A stretch of 64,000 nt of DNA from Candidatus Heimdallarchaeum aukensis (GCA_021513695.1 CP084166.1:1728001-1792000), one strand, 5' to 3'. Shown: positions 9,791 to 19,938, counted from the stretch's first letter. Notes: generated from the letters alone by a model not told the origin. Made by a program: numbers and translations.

Positions 9791-10334
9791 TTTTTTTCAC
9801 CAGATATTTTTCTACTAATTTTTTTACAAATTGTTTTCTTTCCTCAGTAACGGATACGACTACTAGTCCTTCTTTTGGTTGCCCATATAAGACTTTTGAA
9901 TTCGTACTTACTTCAAATACTACTGGTAACACTAGTAAGTCTTCCTCTCCATCTATTTTTATAATAGTTTTGATTGAATCTAACTTTAATGCATCACGAA
10001 TTTTTTGACATGCACCTAGAGTTATCTCTCCAGGGGGATTAATTGCATCAACAATTTTATAATCATTAACTTCAATAATTGAAGTTTCCTTTCTTTCTAT
10101 TTGACCATCAATTATTATTAAGCGGGGATAGATTTTATTTTCTAACAATTTTTTTGTTGTTGCATCCCCTACAGATATTAATTCATTTTCTATATTGTTT
10201 TCTTTTATAAAATCAAAAAAAGAATTGATTTCAGAGTCTGTCTTCAACAGCTTCCCAAGTGGCTTTTTAAAAAAAGATCTATTTTTTGTTGGTAGAAAGT
10301 AATTTGTAGAAAAAAGAGAACACAACTTTTTCAC
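9780..10334 (-). CDS. DUF359 protein (GTP-dependent dephospho-CoA kinase family)
   Basis: Position between spt4 and rps24e is conserved across archaea for DUF359/COG1909; LIIIDGQ...GEITLGA...GEEDLLVLP motifs. Confidence 0.65.
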   Translation of the reverse strand: MKKLCSLFSTNYFLPTKNRSFFKKPLGKLLKTDSEINSFFDFIKENNIENELISVGDATTKKLLENKIYPRLIIIDGQIERKETSIIEVNDYKIVDAINPPGEITLGACQKIRDALKLDSIKTIIKIDGEEDLLVLPVVFEVSTNSKVLYGQPKEGLVVVSVTEERKQFVKKLVEKYLVKKNGD

Positions 10335-10519
10335 CGAACTCGTAGTGCATATCTTCCAGGAGTTGTAATATTCATTCTTTTCGCTATTTCGCTTCCTTCA
10401 ACGTTTAATATGAACACTTCACCAGTGTATTCTGAAGACAAATCTTGGACTCTGCAATGAGGGCAGATATTTACATTGTCTTCAACGATTATATGACATA
10501 CTCTACATGCTTTTGCCAT
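10331..10519 (-). CDS. spt4: Transcription elongation factor Spt4 / RNA polymerase subunit E''
   Basis: MAKACRVCHIIVEDNVNICPHCRVQDLSSEYTGEVFILNVEGSEIAKRMNITTPGRYALRV; zinc ribbon CxxC..CxxC, NGN-binding C-terminus. Confidence 0.85.
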   Translation of the reverse strand: MAKACRVCHIIVEDNVNICPHCRVQDLSSEYTGEVFILNVEGSEIAKRMNITTPGRYALRVR

Positions 10520-10524
10520 TTAAA

Positions 10525-11118
10525 TCACTTTTTTTCTTCTTCAGGTTTCTTATCGAAACTCTGTTTCCATTCTTCAATCCACTCATATGCGCCTAGAGCG
10601 TCTTGCTTCATTGTCAATCCTACCTGAATTTCTGTTTTTCTTACATTAACTGCGATTATTCGAGCTCGTACTCGTGTATTTACAACGAGATCTCTTTTAG
10701 TTTTATCTCCCCTAAGAAGGGCGTTTTTTGGAACATATCTAAAGTAATCGTCAGCTATTTGGGAAACATGACACAAAGCATCGATTGTTCCAATTCTGCA
10801 AAATGCTCCAAAATCTGTACATTCAATTACTATTCCTTCTACTATTTCATTAATTTCTGGGAGGTAAGTTAATAGATCAATGTCACATTCATAATATACA
10901 GCTCCATCATTCGGGACAATTTTCCCTCTATATACCTTATCAATTCTCGAAACTGCAACAATAATTCCTAATTCTGGATCAATCTTACCTTCAATACTTT
11001 CTCTTGCTATTTGAACAAGTACTTCCCTCAAATCTTCGCCAAAACGATTTGGAGGAACACGCAATGTTTCCCTGATTTTCGTATCATAGTAAATAAAAAT
11101 CACCCACTTTACAAACAA
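10525..11118 (-). CDS. rpoE: DNA-directed RNA polymerase subunit E' (Rpb7 homolog, S1 domain)
   Basis: RETLRVPPNRFGEDL...; C-terminal S1/OB fold GIVIECTDFGAFCRIG...; N-terminal residues of ORF may be an over-extension. Confidence 0.85.
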   Translation of the reverse strand: MFVKWVIFIYYDTKIRETLRVPPNRFGEDLREVLVQIARESIEGKIDPELGIIVAVSRIDKVYRGKIVPNDGAVYYECDIDLLTYLPEINEIVEGIVIECTDFGAFCRIGTIDALCHVSQIADDYFRYVPKNALLRGDKTKRDLVVNTRVRARIIAVNVRKTEIQVGLTMKQDALGAYEWIEEWKQSFDKKPEEEKK

Positions 11119-11300
11119 TCCTTCTAAAGAAGTAGTTTAGCTTTGCTTTAAAAATAAATCGCTTTTTGACTATTAAAAACAATATGAATTCTGCTGAAAG
11201 ATAAAGGCATAATCATTAAAATTTCAAAAATCTGTTTCAAATACAAAACAGTTAAAGTTAAAAACAGCATTATATTTATCGTTATGTCGAGGAATTACAG

Positions 11301-11999
11301 ATGAAGAAAAAGTTAAACTTTATTTCAATTGTAATCTTATTAACACTAGTAAATGTTTTTGTTCAACATTCAGTAGCGTATGTACCAGAGAACACCATTA
11401 TTGTCAATCAAATTGTTGACAAATATGAAGGCCCAGTTAATAGTAATATTTCAATGTCAATATCAGTAAAGAACTACATGAATTTCACTCTAACTAATAT
11501 TACTATTTCTCTTAATCTTTCTTCAAATACTGACCTTGAATCGGTAAAGTTTACCTCATGTGATTTCGGTCAACTATCAGGAGATAATGTAACACTTAAC
11601 GAAACAATATTATCTTCATCTGAGGGAATTTTCACTCCATTAAATATTACAGAGGGATACTTAACAGAAAAATATTTTGAAGTTAAAGTTGATAAAATGG
11701 AAAATGGAACAAAATTTTTAGTGAACTTAAACATAACAGCAGAAGAAGAAGGAGATTATACTATTCCCCGTGTTAAGGTTACATATTTGGACAATTGGGG
11801 AGATAAAAAGAAAACTGAATCTTCTAGAAATGTCCAATTATCATTTAAGAAAATAGAAAGTTGGTCAGAAGATGTTCCATATTGGAAAGGTGGAAAAAAA
11901 CTAACCCCTACAGTGGCTACTGTGATTTTTGCTTTAGCTCCAGTTTTAATAGCTATAGCTTCATCATACATTTTTACAATCAAAATAAGACGATACTAG
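11301..11999 (+). CDS. secreted/cell-surface protein with signal peptide, many N-glycosylation sequons and C-terminal TM anchor
   Basis: N-terminal hydrophobic LNFISIVILLTLVNVFV; >12 N-x-S/T sequons; C-terminal TVATVIFALAPVLIAIASSYIF + RRY. Confidence 0.4.
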   Translation: MKKKLNFISIVILLTLVNVFVQHSVAYVPENTIIVNQIVDKYEGPVNSNISMSISVKNYMNFTLTNITISLNLSSNTDLESVKFTSCDFGQLSGDNVTLNETILSSSEGIFTPLNITEGYLTEKYFEVKVDKMENGTKFLVNLNITAEEEGDYTIPRVKVTYLDNWGDKKKTESSRNVQLSFKKIESWSEDVPYWKGGKKLTPTVATVIFALAPVLIAIASSYIFTIKIRRY

Positions 12000-12161
12000 C
12001 CTTTTTTTCTCTTTTTCTTCTTAATTTGAAATAAGTGACCCAAAAATCAAGTTAATATAAAATACATACGTAAAGTTTACTTGGTCTAATTCTTTAAGAA
12101 TATTTAAAACAACTTTTTAATATAACAAAATCTTTATTTTTCCTCAAAATAACCAAAATAT

Positions 12162-12596
12162 ATGAGAAAACAACTTAAACCTCGTTCTACTATTGCAATC
12201 TATACAATGCAATATTCTTTAATTGTTATAGCTTCAATCTTTTTTATCATAGGAATTATGAGAGTAAAAGCGACTGAAACTATGGACGTTATTTCTTTGG
12301 TTTGGCTTCTTTCTGGAGCTTTTCTGTATGTTGCTTCATATATTTATGCAAAGAAAGGTGTTAAAATTATACAAACTGCTTGTCCTTATTGTTATGGAAC
12401 AGGATATATTGATATGGGTACAGGAAAAAATAAGAGACAAGAAACCTGTCCCGTCTGTCATGGGACTGGAAAAATGTTGGATAAAGCAACAATTGAACTA
12501 GAAAAAGAGAGAGAAAGAATTAAAAAAGAAAAAAAAGAGGAGAAAAAGTTACAAAACCCAGTACCCAAAGAAGAACAACAAAATAATAGCCCATGA
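12162..12596 (+). CDS. membrane protein with DnaJ-type CxxCxGxG zinc-finger repeat
   Basis: Two TM segments then CPYCYGTGY...CPVCHGTGKM; K/E-rich tail. Confidence 0.35.
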   Translation: MRKQLKPRSTIAIYTMQYSLIVIASIFFIIGIMRVKATETMDVISLVWLLSGAFLYVASYIYAKKGVKIIQTACPYCYGTGYIDMGTGKNKRQETCPVCHGTGKMLDKATIELEKERERIKKEKKEEKKLQNPVPKEEQQNNSP

Positions 12597-13169
12597 TATC
12601 ATTAGTAGAGCATTAACAACAAACCATGTACGAGTAGCTTTTTTGTTAAGTGTATTTTTTCCTTTAATACTAAAGGGATAAAAGTGTATTAGATAAGTCC
12701 CTTTTAATTTTGAATAAAGTTCTCTTCCTGATAAACCTGTTGTTAACCAAGCCATGGCATGAGCATCATCTTTTATTTTTCCATCTTTTTCTTCTTTCCA
12801 ACTTGGAAATAGGTCCAACAACAAATGAGATGCATTACCTATCAAAAAGAAACCAAAAACAGGTAAAAGGAAGTTAGTTCTTTCCGAAACAGCAATTACA
12901 GGTAGAGTTAAGATTGCTGGTAGTATTGCTGAATGAGTAAGGAAATATCTGTGATGAAAGACTTCTTTCCAAATTATGTCAAAATCTGGGAATTCAGCTC
13001 CGATTATGCATATCAAAGCAGATATAACAATCCATAACGAATTGTCCCAACTTGCGAAAAGATCTTTTTCCACGAAATAAAGAATAATAATAGTAACAAC
13101 CCAAAAAAAGAATCCACCAATTATATGATTTTTTCTATTCATATATATATATTCTAAAAAGATATACAA
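12549..13169 (-). CDS. membrane-bound metal-dependent hydrolase-like protein (DUF457/YdjM-like)
   Basis: Multiple TM helices, conserved His motifs HHRYFLTHS and NASHLLLD. Confidence 0.35.
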   Translation of the reverse strand: MYIFLEYIYMNRKNHIIGGFFFWVVTIIILYFVEKDLFASWDNSLWIVISALICIIGAEFPDFDIIWKEVFHHRYFLTHSAILPAILTLPVIAVSERTNFLLPVFGFFLIGNASHLLLDLFPSWKEEKDGKIKDDAHAMAWLTTGLSGRELYSKLKGTYLIHFYPFSIKGKNTLNKKATRTWFVVNALLMISWAIILLFFFGYWVL

Positions 13170-13266
13170 TAAGTTTTTGCATCACTTGACTTTTTCTTTT
13201 TTTACACAACAGTATTTTTCAAGTATTACATCGCTTTTTTTAAATTAAGAAAAATCGAGTGATGAG

Positions 13267-13824
13267 ATGGGAAAGGATATTGAAGTCAAATTTAGAGACT
13301 ATGAAGTGTACAAACTGAGTATCTGCGGACCAGGTCAAGCAGGAAAGACAAGTTTATGTAAAAGACTTGTACATAACAAATTTACCAAATCCTATAAAGA
13401 AACAGTGGGGGCAGAATTTTTTAGCTATAAATTTAACACAAAGAAAGGAAAAAATGTTGGCTTATTTTACGATTTTGCGGGACAACAACGATTTGTAAGT
13501 GTACGTAATGTTCTTTATCCTGGCACAGATGCTGCAGCAGTTGTATTTGATGTTACAAAAAGGGATTCTTTTCGTTCTGTTGCCCAATACATTAGAGAGT
13601 TAAGGACGAAACTTAAAGATGTTGAAATAACAATTGTTGGAAACAAAATTGATTCTAAAAAAAGAGAGATTTCATTTGAAGATGCAAAGAGAATAGCAGA
13701 AAAACTAGGTTGTAAGTACGTTGAAACCTCTGCTGCAACTGGTGAAGGATTAGGAGAATTTTTCAAAACATTAATACATTCTGCAATTTCATATAAAAAG
13801 AAAAAAATAAGTGTTGTAGAATGA
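13267..13824 (+). CDS. Ras-superfamily small GTPase (Asgard ESP)
   Basis: G1 GPGQAGKTS, G3 DFAGQ, G4 GNKID, G5 ETSAA; 185 aa. Confidence 0.8.
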   Translation: MGKDIEVKFRDYEVYKLSICGPGQAGKTSLCKRLVHNKFTKSYKETVGAEFFSYKFNTKKGKNVGLFYDFAGQQRFVSVRNVLYPGTDAAAVVFDVTKRDSFRSVAQYIRELRTKLKDVEITIVGNKIDSKKREISFEDAKRIAEKLGCKYVETSAATGEGLGEFFKTLIHSAISYKKKKISVVE

Positions 13825-13919
13825 ACAACTACTATCACTAAAACGCTTCATAGTTTTTAATTTATCAGAAAGATTATATCTTTACACAAATACTTTTTAA
13901 ATTAAAAAATAACAAAAAT

Positions 13920-14783
13920 TTGATTACTATGAGTCATCAGATTTCAAAAGTTGCGGTTATTGGAGCAGGAACAATGGGTGCGGGTATAGCACAAGTCCTA
14001 GCTCAAAAAGGATTACAGATATCATTAGTGGATATAAAGCAAGAATTCATAGATAAAGGCATTGAAAGAATCAAAAAATTTCTAGCAAGATCTGTAGAAA
14101 AAGGCAAAATCTCTGCCGAAGAGATGGATAATACAATTTCTAATATATCTCCTTTTGTTAATATTGAAGATGCGGTAAATGGAGTCGAACTTGTTATTGA
14201 AGCAATTGTGGAAAATGAAGAAATAAAGAAGGACCTTTTTAAAAAGCTCGACGATATTTGTTCTCCTGAAGTAATATTGGCAAGTAATACATCAGCTATT
14301 AGTATTACCGCGCTGAGTGAAGTAACAAATAGACCAGATAAGGTTCTAGGATTACACTTTTTCAACCCTCCGGCAATCATGAAACTTGTAGAAATAATTA
14401 AAGGAGAAAAAACAAGTGAAGAAACTATCCAGAAAGCTATTAAGTTCTGTGAATATCTTGGAAAAACTCCGGTACCATCCAATGAGGCACCCGGATTTAT
14501 AGTAAACAGGCTGTTATGGAAATTCCTTAATGAAGCATACAAGCTACTAGAAAATGGCGTAGCATCAAAAGAAGGAATTGATCAAGCCGTGAAACTTGGA
14601 TTAAACCATCCGATGGGGCCCTTTGAACTAAGTGACTACATTGGTTTAGATGTAATGCTTAACATTGGTGATTATATTGCATCAAAGTTAGGTGACGAAT
14701 ATAAGCCGTGTGATATTTTAAGAAATCTTGTTGAGCAAGGTAAGCTAGGTCGAAAAACTGGGGAAGGTTTTTACAAATATTGA
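13920..14783 (+). CDS. hbd: 3-hydroxyacyl-CoA (3-hydroxybutyryl-CoA) dehydrogenase
   Basis: Rossmann VAVIGAGTMGAGIA, NAD-binding and C-terminal dimerisation domain; matches Hbd/FadB family. Confidence 0.85.
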   Translation: MITMSHQISKVAVIGAGTMGAGIAQVLAQKGLQISLVDIKQEFIDKGIERIKKFLARSVEKGKISAEEMDNTISNISPFVNIEDAVNGVELVIEAIVENEEIKKDLFKKLDDICSPEVILASNTSAISITALSEVTNRPDKVLGLHFFNPPAIMKLVEIIKGEKTSEETIQKAIKFCEYLGKTPVPSNEAPGFIVNRLLWKFLNEAYKLLENGVASKEGIDQAVKLGLNHPMGPFELSDYIGLDVMLNIGDYIASKLGDEYKPCDILRNLVEQGKLGRKTGEGFYKY

Positions 14784-14803
14784 ATTATTTCTTTTTTATT
14801 TTA

Positions 14804-14813
14804 GGATAGAACT
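14804..14813. repeat. target-site duplication (left copy) GGATAGAACT flanking IS
   Basis: Identical 10-mer recurs at 15576-15585 immediately outside the right inverted repeat. Confidence 0.65.
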
Positions 14814-15575
14814 GGTAGTGTCTAGTTTTTATACCACCTCCTAGGTAAAAAGGAACTAAGGGGAGGATGTCCTAAGCTCTGATGAGGACGAACGAAATTA
14901 TAATAGAGCATAAAGAGAGTAAGAAAACCAGAAAGATGAGTAGAGCCATAGACGGCACGGATAGGACAAGTGCAGTGGAGAATAGAATGAAACCAACGAT
15001 AACTCTTAAGAGTAGCATTAAAACGTTCAATATAGGAGCGTAAACCACCTTTGATAACGGAGATTTTAATACCGAGACGAAGTAAGACAGGATACCATAC
15101 CCCTGCATCTGTAACGACAATACGAGGCTTAGAACCCCAACATTTGAACCAATAACGAAAAGTTAGTAAACATTCAAGATTACTCCGTCCTTTAGTAATA
15201 CTAAAACCCAGTAAAGTCTTGTTGTAAGGATCTAACGCGAACCACATGTACATTGAGCCTTGAGAGGTCTTAATCTCTGTTTCATCTACTACTATAATCT
15301 CTGGTATTCCCCCTCTCTCTGCTACAACTCTATGTAAACTTTCCCTAAAGAGGCTGAATTTCTTTACCCAATACCATAGTGCCTGGTGTGTTAAACCATT
15401 CTTCCATGCTACTGTCCTCAACCCATTCTTTGAACCGATATATTCATAAATAGCTCTTATGATTATTTTCTTGGGGATTCTGCTCCCTTTAAAAAGGGAG
15501 TATATTCTTAGTTTGTTCATATTTTCACATTAGAATCCCCAATAATATTTTTGTCGGGAGAAACTAGACACCACC
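14814..15575 (-). mobile_element. IS6-family insertion sequence (762 bp) with terminal inverted repeats and TSD
   Basis: IRL GGTAGTGTCTAGTTT (14814-14828) vs reverse complement of 15561-15575 GGTGGTGTCTAGTTT (14/15); single DDE transposase ORF; flanked by direct repeat GGATAGAACT. Confidence 0.75.
14822..15520 (-). CDS. IS6-family DDE transposase
   Basis: 232 aa; VVDETEIKTSQGSMYMWFALDP (DDE first-D region DETYxK...Y.W.A.D), later VVTDAG and IERFNATLK (E); size typical of IS6/IS26-like Tnp. Confidence 0.8.
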   Translation of the reverse strand: MNKLRIYSLFKGSRIPKKIIIRAIYEYIGSKNGLRTVAWKNGLTHQALWYWVKKFSLFRESLHRVVAERGGIPEIIVVDETEIKTSQGSMYMWFALDPYNKTLLGFSITKGRSNLECLLTFRYWFKCWGSKPRIVVTDAGVWYPVLLRLGIKISVIKGGLRSYIERFNATLKSYRWFHSILHCTCPIRAVYGSTHLSGFLTLFMLYYNFVRPHQSLGHPPLSSFLPRRWYKN

Positions 15576-15585
15576 GGATAGAACT
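15576..15585. repeat. target-site duplication (right copy) GGATAGAACT
   Basis: Matches 14804-14813. Confidence 0.65.
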
Positions 15586-15623
15586 ATAAGTCAAACTTAT
15601 ATAGTGGTCAGTTTTATATATCA

Positions 15624-16580
15624 ATGAAGAATATGCCCTACGATACTATTAACATATCTGGCGAGAATAAGACATCTTTACGACGTTGTCCAGATTGTAA
15701 CAGTACAAAATTAAATTTTGATTCACAACGAGGTGAAACAAGTTGTGCTATGTGTGGACTTGTAATTGAAGAAGGATTTATTGATACAAGTCAAGAGTGG
15801 CGGGCATACAACCATGATCAATTTGAAAAGCGAGCAAGAACAGGTTCTCCTAAAAACTTACTGACCTATGACAATTATGGGACTGTAATCAGTTATTCAA
15901 ATAAAGATATTTTTGGTAATAAAATTTCAGTTAAAAAAGCAAGTCAAATGTTTCGACTTCGAACATTACAAAGGAGAGCAGTTTTTCAGTATGGAACAGA
16001 AAGAAATCTACTATTTGCATTAAGCGAAATCAAGCGAATAGGAAGCCAATTAAATCTTCCACAGAAAATTCAAGAAACAGGTTCTATAATATATCGTAAA
16101 ATTCTGAAGACTGGACTAATTAGGGGGAGATCCACTGAATCTTTAGTTGCAGCCAGTGTATACTTAGCTTGTAGGTTAAATAAACAACCAGAGACACTAG
16201 ATGATGTAGCAAAAAAAACAAGACTATCTCGTAAAAAATTAGCAAGGAATTATCGTCTTTTATTGAAAAATCTAGATATAAAGATTCCTCTTGCTACTCC
16301 AGACACAAAATTAGAGAAATATGCTAGTATTCTTAATTTTCCTCCAGAAGTCGTTAATGAAGCCAAAGACATATTAGTCAAAGCAAAAGAAAAGAAGATA
16401 ACAGTAGGTAAAAACCCTAATTCTCTCGTTGCTGCTGCGTTGTACATATCTGCAATTAAAAATGGACATACTTGTGCACAAAAAACTATTTCTGAAGTTT
16501 GTCAAATTACCGAAGTAACGTTAAGAAATAGGTATAAACAGTTTCTTAAGACGCTAAAGATTAAGATTGTCTTGAAATAG
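15624..16580 (+). CDS. tfb: Transcription initiation factor IIB (TFB)
   Basis: N-terminal Zn ribbon CPDCNS...CAMCG, B-reader/linker, two cyclin-fold repeats. Confidence 0.9.
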   Translation: MKNMPYDTINISGENKTSLRRCPDCNSTKLNFDSQRGETSCAMCGLVIEEGFIDTSQEWRAYNHDQFEKRARTGSPKNLLTYDNYGTVISYSNKDIFGNKISVKKASQMFRLRTLQRRAVFQYGTERNLLFALSEIKRIGSQLNLPQKIQETGSIIYRKILKTGLIRGRSTESLVAASVYLACRLNKQPETLDDVAKKTRLSRKKLARNYRLLLKNLDIKIPLATPDTKLEKYASILNFPPEVVNEAKDILVKAKEKKITVGKNPNSLVAAALYISAIKNGHTCAQKTISEVCQITEVTLRNRYKQFLKTLKIKIVLK

Positions 16581-16671
16581 CTTTTAATTTTTAGTAAAAA
16601 GAGTTTTAATAAGTAGAATTTGTAAAACCATATAAAGTAGAGTTTTTATAATCAATTATTTTTATTACTCA

Positions 16672-17010
16672 GTGAGTATAATGAGTCTAAAAGAACGACT
16701 AGAGCAATTTGCTCAAGAAATGAAAGATTGGGAAACTCGAAAAACATCTATAATGGGAGTCGAAATTGCAAAGCTTCCCTCTAAAGAGGGAGAATTGAAT
16801 CTCGCCCTAAAAATAATTCCAACTGATGAAGAAGGAAAACCACTTAAAAGAAAAGGTGTTTTTATTACCAGTTTAGAACAATGGGATTCTATGAAACGTA
16901 TCTTTAATGACGAAAAAGCTACAGAGCTCATAGAGAATATAGAAAAAATGAGACAAAAACGAGAAATAAAAGAGGATAAAGAAGATACTGGAGAAGTATT
17001 TGAACTGTAA
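16672..17010 (+). CDS. hypothetical small K/E-rich protein
   Basis: ORF only; no recognisable motif. Confidence 0.3.
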   Translation: MSIMSLKERLEQFAQEMKDWETRKTSIMGVEIAKLPSKEGELNLALKIIPTDEEGKPLKRKGVFITSLEQWDSMKRIFNDEKATELIENIEKMRQKREIKEDKEDTGEVFEL

Positions 17011-17036
17011 TTTCTTTTTTTTCTTGAGGGTTTTAA

Positions 17037-18338
17037 ATGAAGGCTGTTATTCTCGCTGCAGGAAAAGGGGAAAGGCTAAGACCTTTAACAGAAACTACCC
17101 CAAAACCTATGTTAAAGCTTTTAGGAAAAACGATTATTGAGCGTCAATTTCTTGCTTTAGCAGAAGCTGGGGTAAAAGAATTCATTGTTGTTACAAATTA
17201 CATGGAAGAAAAAATACAAGAACATATTGCTTCAATTGCTCCACCCTACACATCTATAATTTTTGTTCATCAAAAGAAAGTTAGGGGGACTGCTGACGCA
17301 TTTCTAAGCGTGAAGCATTATCTTGATGAGGACTTCTTTATAGGTTTGAATGGGGACTGTGTATACTCGCCACAAACAATAGAAAAAGCTGTAAACATCC
17401 TGAAAGACAAGAAAATTGGATTAGGGGGCAGATTAGTAAAGGACACTCATAATTATGGAATAATACAGCTAGATGATGAATATCCTACCGCAATTATTGA
17501 GAAGCCTCCAAAAGGAGAAATAGAGGAAGGGTATGCAAATATCGGTATTTATGTATTACCAACTGGAATAATAGATATTTTAGAAGATATGATCAAACAA
17601 AAGGAAATCTCTTCAAGAGGAGAATATGAATTTCCAACAGCCATAAACAAGCTTATTTCCTATAGTGACTACAAAACTGCATTAATAAAGGTAGAAGAAA
17701 ACGATTATTGGTTTGATATTGGATTACCTTGGACTTTACTGGAAGCTAATCAGAAACTCCTTTCTTTATGTGAAGAAGAAAAAGAAGGAAAAATAGAAGA
17801 TAATGTTCATATTGAAGGAAAAGTTATCATAAAAAAAGGTGCTATTGTTAGAAGTGGAGCATATATACAAGGGCCAGTATTTATTGATGAAGGAGCAGAT
17901 ATTGGTCCAAATTGCTACATACGTAAATACACCTACTTAGGAAAAAACACTAGAATAGGAAATGCTTGTGAAGTGAAGAATTCTATTATCTATGATGGAA
18001 CACATGCAGGACACTTGTCTTATATTGGCGATAGCATAATTGGAGAAAATTCTAATTTCGGAGCTGGAACAATAACTGCTAATTTAAGACTGGACGATAG
18101 AACGGTTAAAATGTTTATCAAAAACGAGAGAGTCGACAGTCAAAGAAGAAAGCTAGGGGCAATCATAGGTGACAATGTAAAAACGGGTATTGGAGCATTG
18201 TTTATGCCTGGTGTAAAAATAGGACATGACACATGGATCGGAGCAGGAACAATCGTTAATGAAGATGTAGAATCTAAAATGATATATTATTCAAAACCTA
18301 AAAATATACAAAAAGGAAAAGAATCTAATGTTGGTTAG
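17037..18338 (+). CDS. sugar-1-phosphate nucleotidyltransferase with C-terminal left-handed beta-helix (archaeal GlmU/RmlA-like bifunctional)
   Basis: N-terminus MKAVILAAGKGERLRPLTETTPKPML; C-terminal hexapeptide repeats (IGxN.., VGxx..). Confidence 0.8.
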   Translation: MKAVILAAGKGERLRPLTETTPKPMLKLLGKTIIERQFLALAEAGVKEFIVVTNYMEEKIQEHIASIAPPYTSIIFVHQKKVRGTADAFLSVKHYLDEDFFIGLNGDCVYSPQTIEKAVNILKDKKIGLGGRLVKDTHNYGIIQLDDEYPTAIIEKPPKGEIEEGYANIGIYVLPTGIIDILEDMIKQKEISSRGEYEFPTAINKLISYSDYKTALIKVEENDYWFDIGLPWTLLEANQKLLSLCEEEKEGKIEDNVHIEGKVIIKKGAIVRSGAYIQGPVFIDEGADIGPNCYIRKYTYLGKNTRIGNACEVKNSIIYDGTHAGHLSYIGDSIIGENSNFGAGTITANLRLDDRTVKMFIKNERVDSQRRKLGAIIGDNVKTGIGALFMPGVKIGHDTWIGAGTIVNEDVESKMIYYSKPKNIQKGKESNVG

Positions 18339-19938
18339 AGAACAAAACGCAATAAAGAAAGAGTGGAACGAGGAAAAAATCAAAATCGGTTTAGTATATC
18401 CTCAAACTTATCGCGTGGCTATGACCTCATTAGCGATACAATTACTTTATTTTCTTTTTAATAGTTGGGATAATTTCATCTGCGAAAGAATATTTAAACC
18501 CTTAAACCCTACTCAAAACCCTTATTCTTTAGAAAGTCAGAAAAATATGAAAGATTTTGATATTATAGCTATTTCATGTCAATTTGAATTTGATTATATT
18601 TATGCAATAGAGATGCTTCAAAAAGCGGGAATAGAACCTGATGTGAGGAAAAGAAAAGAAAGTGATCCTCTCATTATGATAGGAGGACCATCTGTAACTG
18701 TAAACCCCTTCCCTATATTGTTTGTACCTGATATTTTTTTCTTAGGCGATTTTGAACCAGTTGAAAGACTATTCAGAAACGCGCTCAGCGAAAAGTCAAA
18801 GAGATTAAGAATTGAATCATTGTTAGATATCCCTGGTGTCATTGGCTATAATCATTCTTATGATAAAAATGGTAAATGGATAGGACAAAAAGCTAGATCG
18901 GTAAAGATTAAAGATTTCTCAAATACTTTTTACCCAATAAAGCAAATTATTCCTGAAAATGTTCAAGGAACAAAAAATGAACCTGTATTTGGAAAAGCAT
19001 ATTATTTAGAAACAGATAGAGGATGCAACCAAAGATGTAACTTTTGTATGGTTGGCCATTGCCGCTTTCCTAGAGTTGGTCGAACTCTGGAACAATTAAC
19101 TGAAATTATAGATCTTGCTTCAGAACAAAATGATTTTGATAAAGTTATAATTTACGGGAGTGCAGTAGCGCAATCAGGAAATTTGGACAAATTACTAGAG
19201 CATATTGTTAATTTAGGATACGAAGTCTCTTGTTCTTCATTCAGAGCTGACTATATAACAGAGGAACTACTCACAATTTTGAAGAATGGTGGCCAAAGAA
19301 CTTTAACTTTAGCTCCAGAAACAGGAGATGAAGAATTAAGATTAGACATAAACAAAATTATGTACGATGAAGATATTTTTAATGCTGTTGATATTGCATG
19401 GAAAACAGGATTTAGGCAATTAAAGCTATATATGATCTATGGTTTCCCCTTTGAAGACGAAATAGTAGAACAAAGAAATATTGATTTTGTTAAAAATATA
19501 AGAAAAAAATATTTTCCCACTGGAAAAATTTCAGTTTCAATTAATCAGTTTATTTCTAAAGCAAACACACCATTTCAATTTGCGCCAATGCTCACAATTA
19601 AAGATTCCAAGATGAAACAACAAAAGTACAAGAAAGAGATTTACCAAATAAAAAATACCACCCCTGGATTCTATGAACCAGAGTGGGCAGCTATCCAAAA
19701 GATACTATCATTAAGAGATCAAACTTACTTTCCATTTTTATTAGAAATAGCACAATTGAAGAATACTATTGGCAATTGGAAGAGATTATTAAAGAAAAAC
19801 AATAACAGTTTTGATAAAGAATTACTCTGGCATCCAGAAATAAAAGACGAACTGCCTTGGGACAACATAACACACAATCTGTCCAAAAAAACAGTAGTAG
19901 CAGCATATCTAAAATATCGGGACAAAAGAGCAAAATAG
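18328..19938 (+). CDS. radical SAM protein with N-terminal B12-binding-like domain (TIGR03960-like)
   Basis: CNQRCNFCMVGH (CxxxCxxC); N-terminal IGLVYPQTYRVAMTSLAIQLLY typical of this family. Confidence 0.7.
   Translation: MLVREQNAIKKEWNEEKIKIGLVYPQTYRVAMTSLAIQLLYFLFNSWDNFICERIFKPLNPTQNPYSLESQKNMKDFDIIAISCQFEFDYIYAIEMLQKAGIEPDVRKRKESDPLIMIGGPSVTVNPFPILFVPDIFFLGDFEPVERLFRNALSEKSKRLRIESLLDIPGVIGYNHSYDKNGKWIGQKARSVKIKDFSNTFYPIKQIIPENVQGTKNEPVFGKAYYLETDRGCNQRCNFCMVGHCRFPRVGRTLEQLTEIIDLASEQNDFDKVIIYGSAVAQSGNLDKLLEHIVNLGYEVSCSSFRADYITEELLTILKNGGQRTLTLAPETGDEELRLDINKIMYDEDIFNAVDIAWKTGFRQLKLYMIYGFPFEDEIVEQRNIDFVKNIRKKYFPTGKISVSINQFISKANTPFQFAPMLTIKDSKMKQQKYKKEIYQIKNTTPGFYEPEWAAIQKILSLRDQTYFPFLLEIAQLKNTIGNWKRLLKKNNNSFDKELLWHPEIKDELPWDNITHNLSKKTVVAAYLKYRDKRAK

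Noticed and set aside
14003-14542. 179-aa antisense ORF within hbd
   Set aside because: Fully contained within and antisense to a strongly supported dehydrogenase gene. Ser/Leu-rich artefact.
14804-14813. Whether the IS target-site duplication is 10 bp rather than the 8 bp usual for IS6
   Set aside because: Left unresolved. The leading GG could belong to the repeat or be coincidental, and both readings are consistent with a recent insertion.
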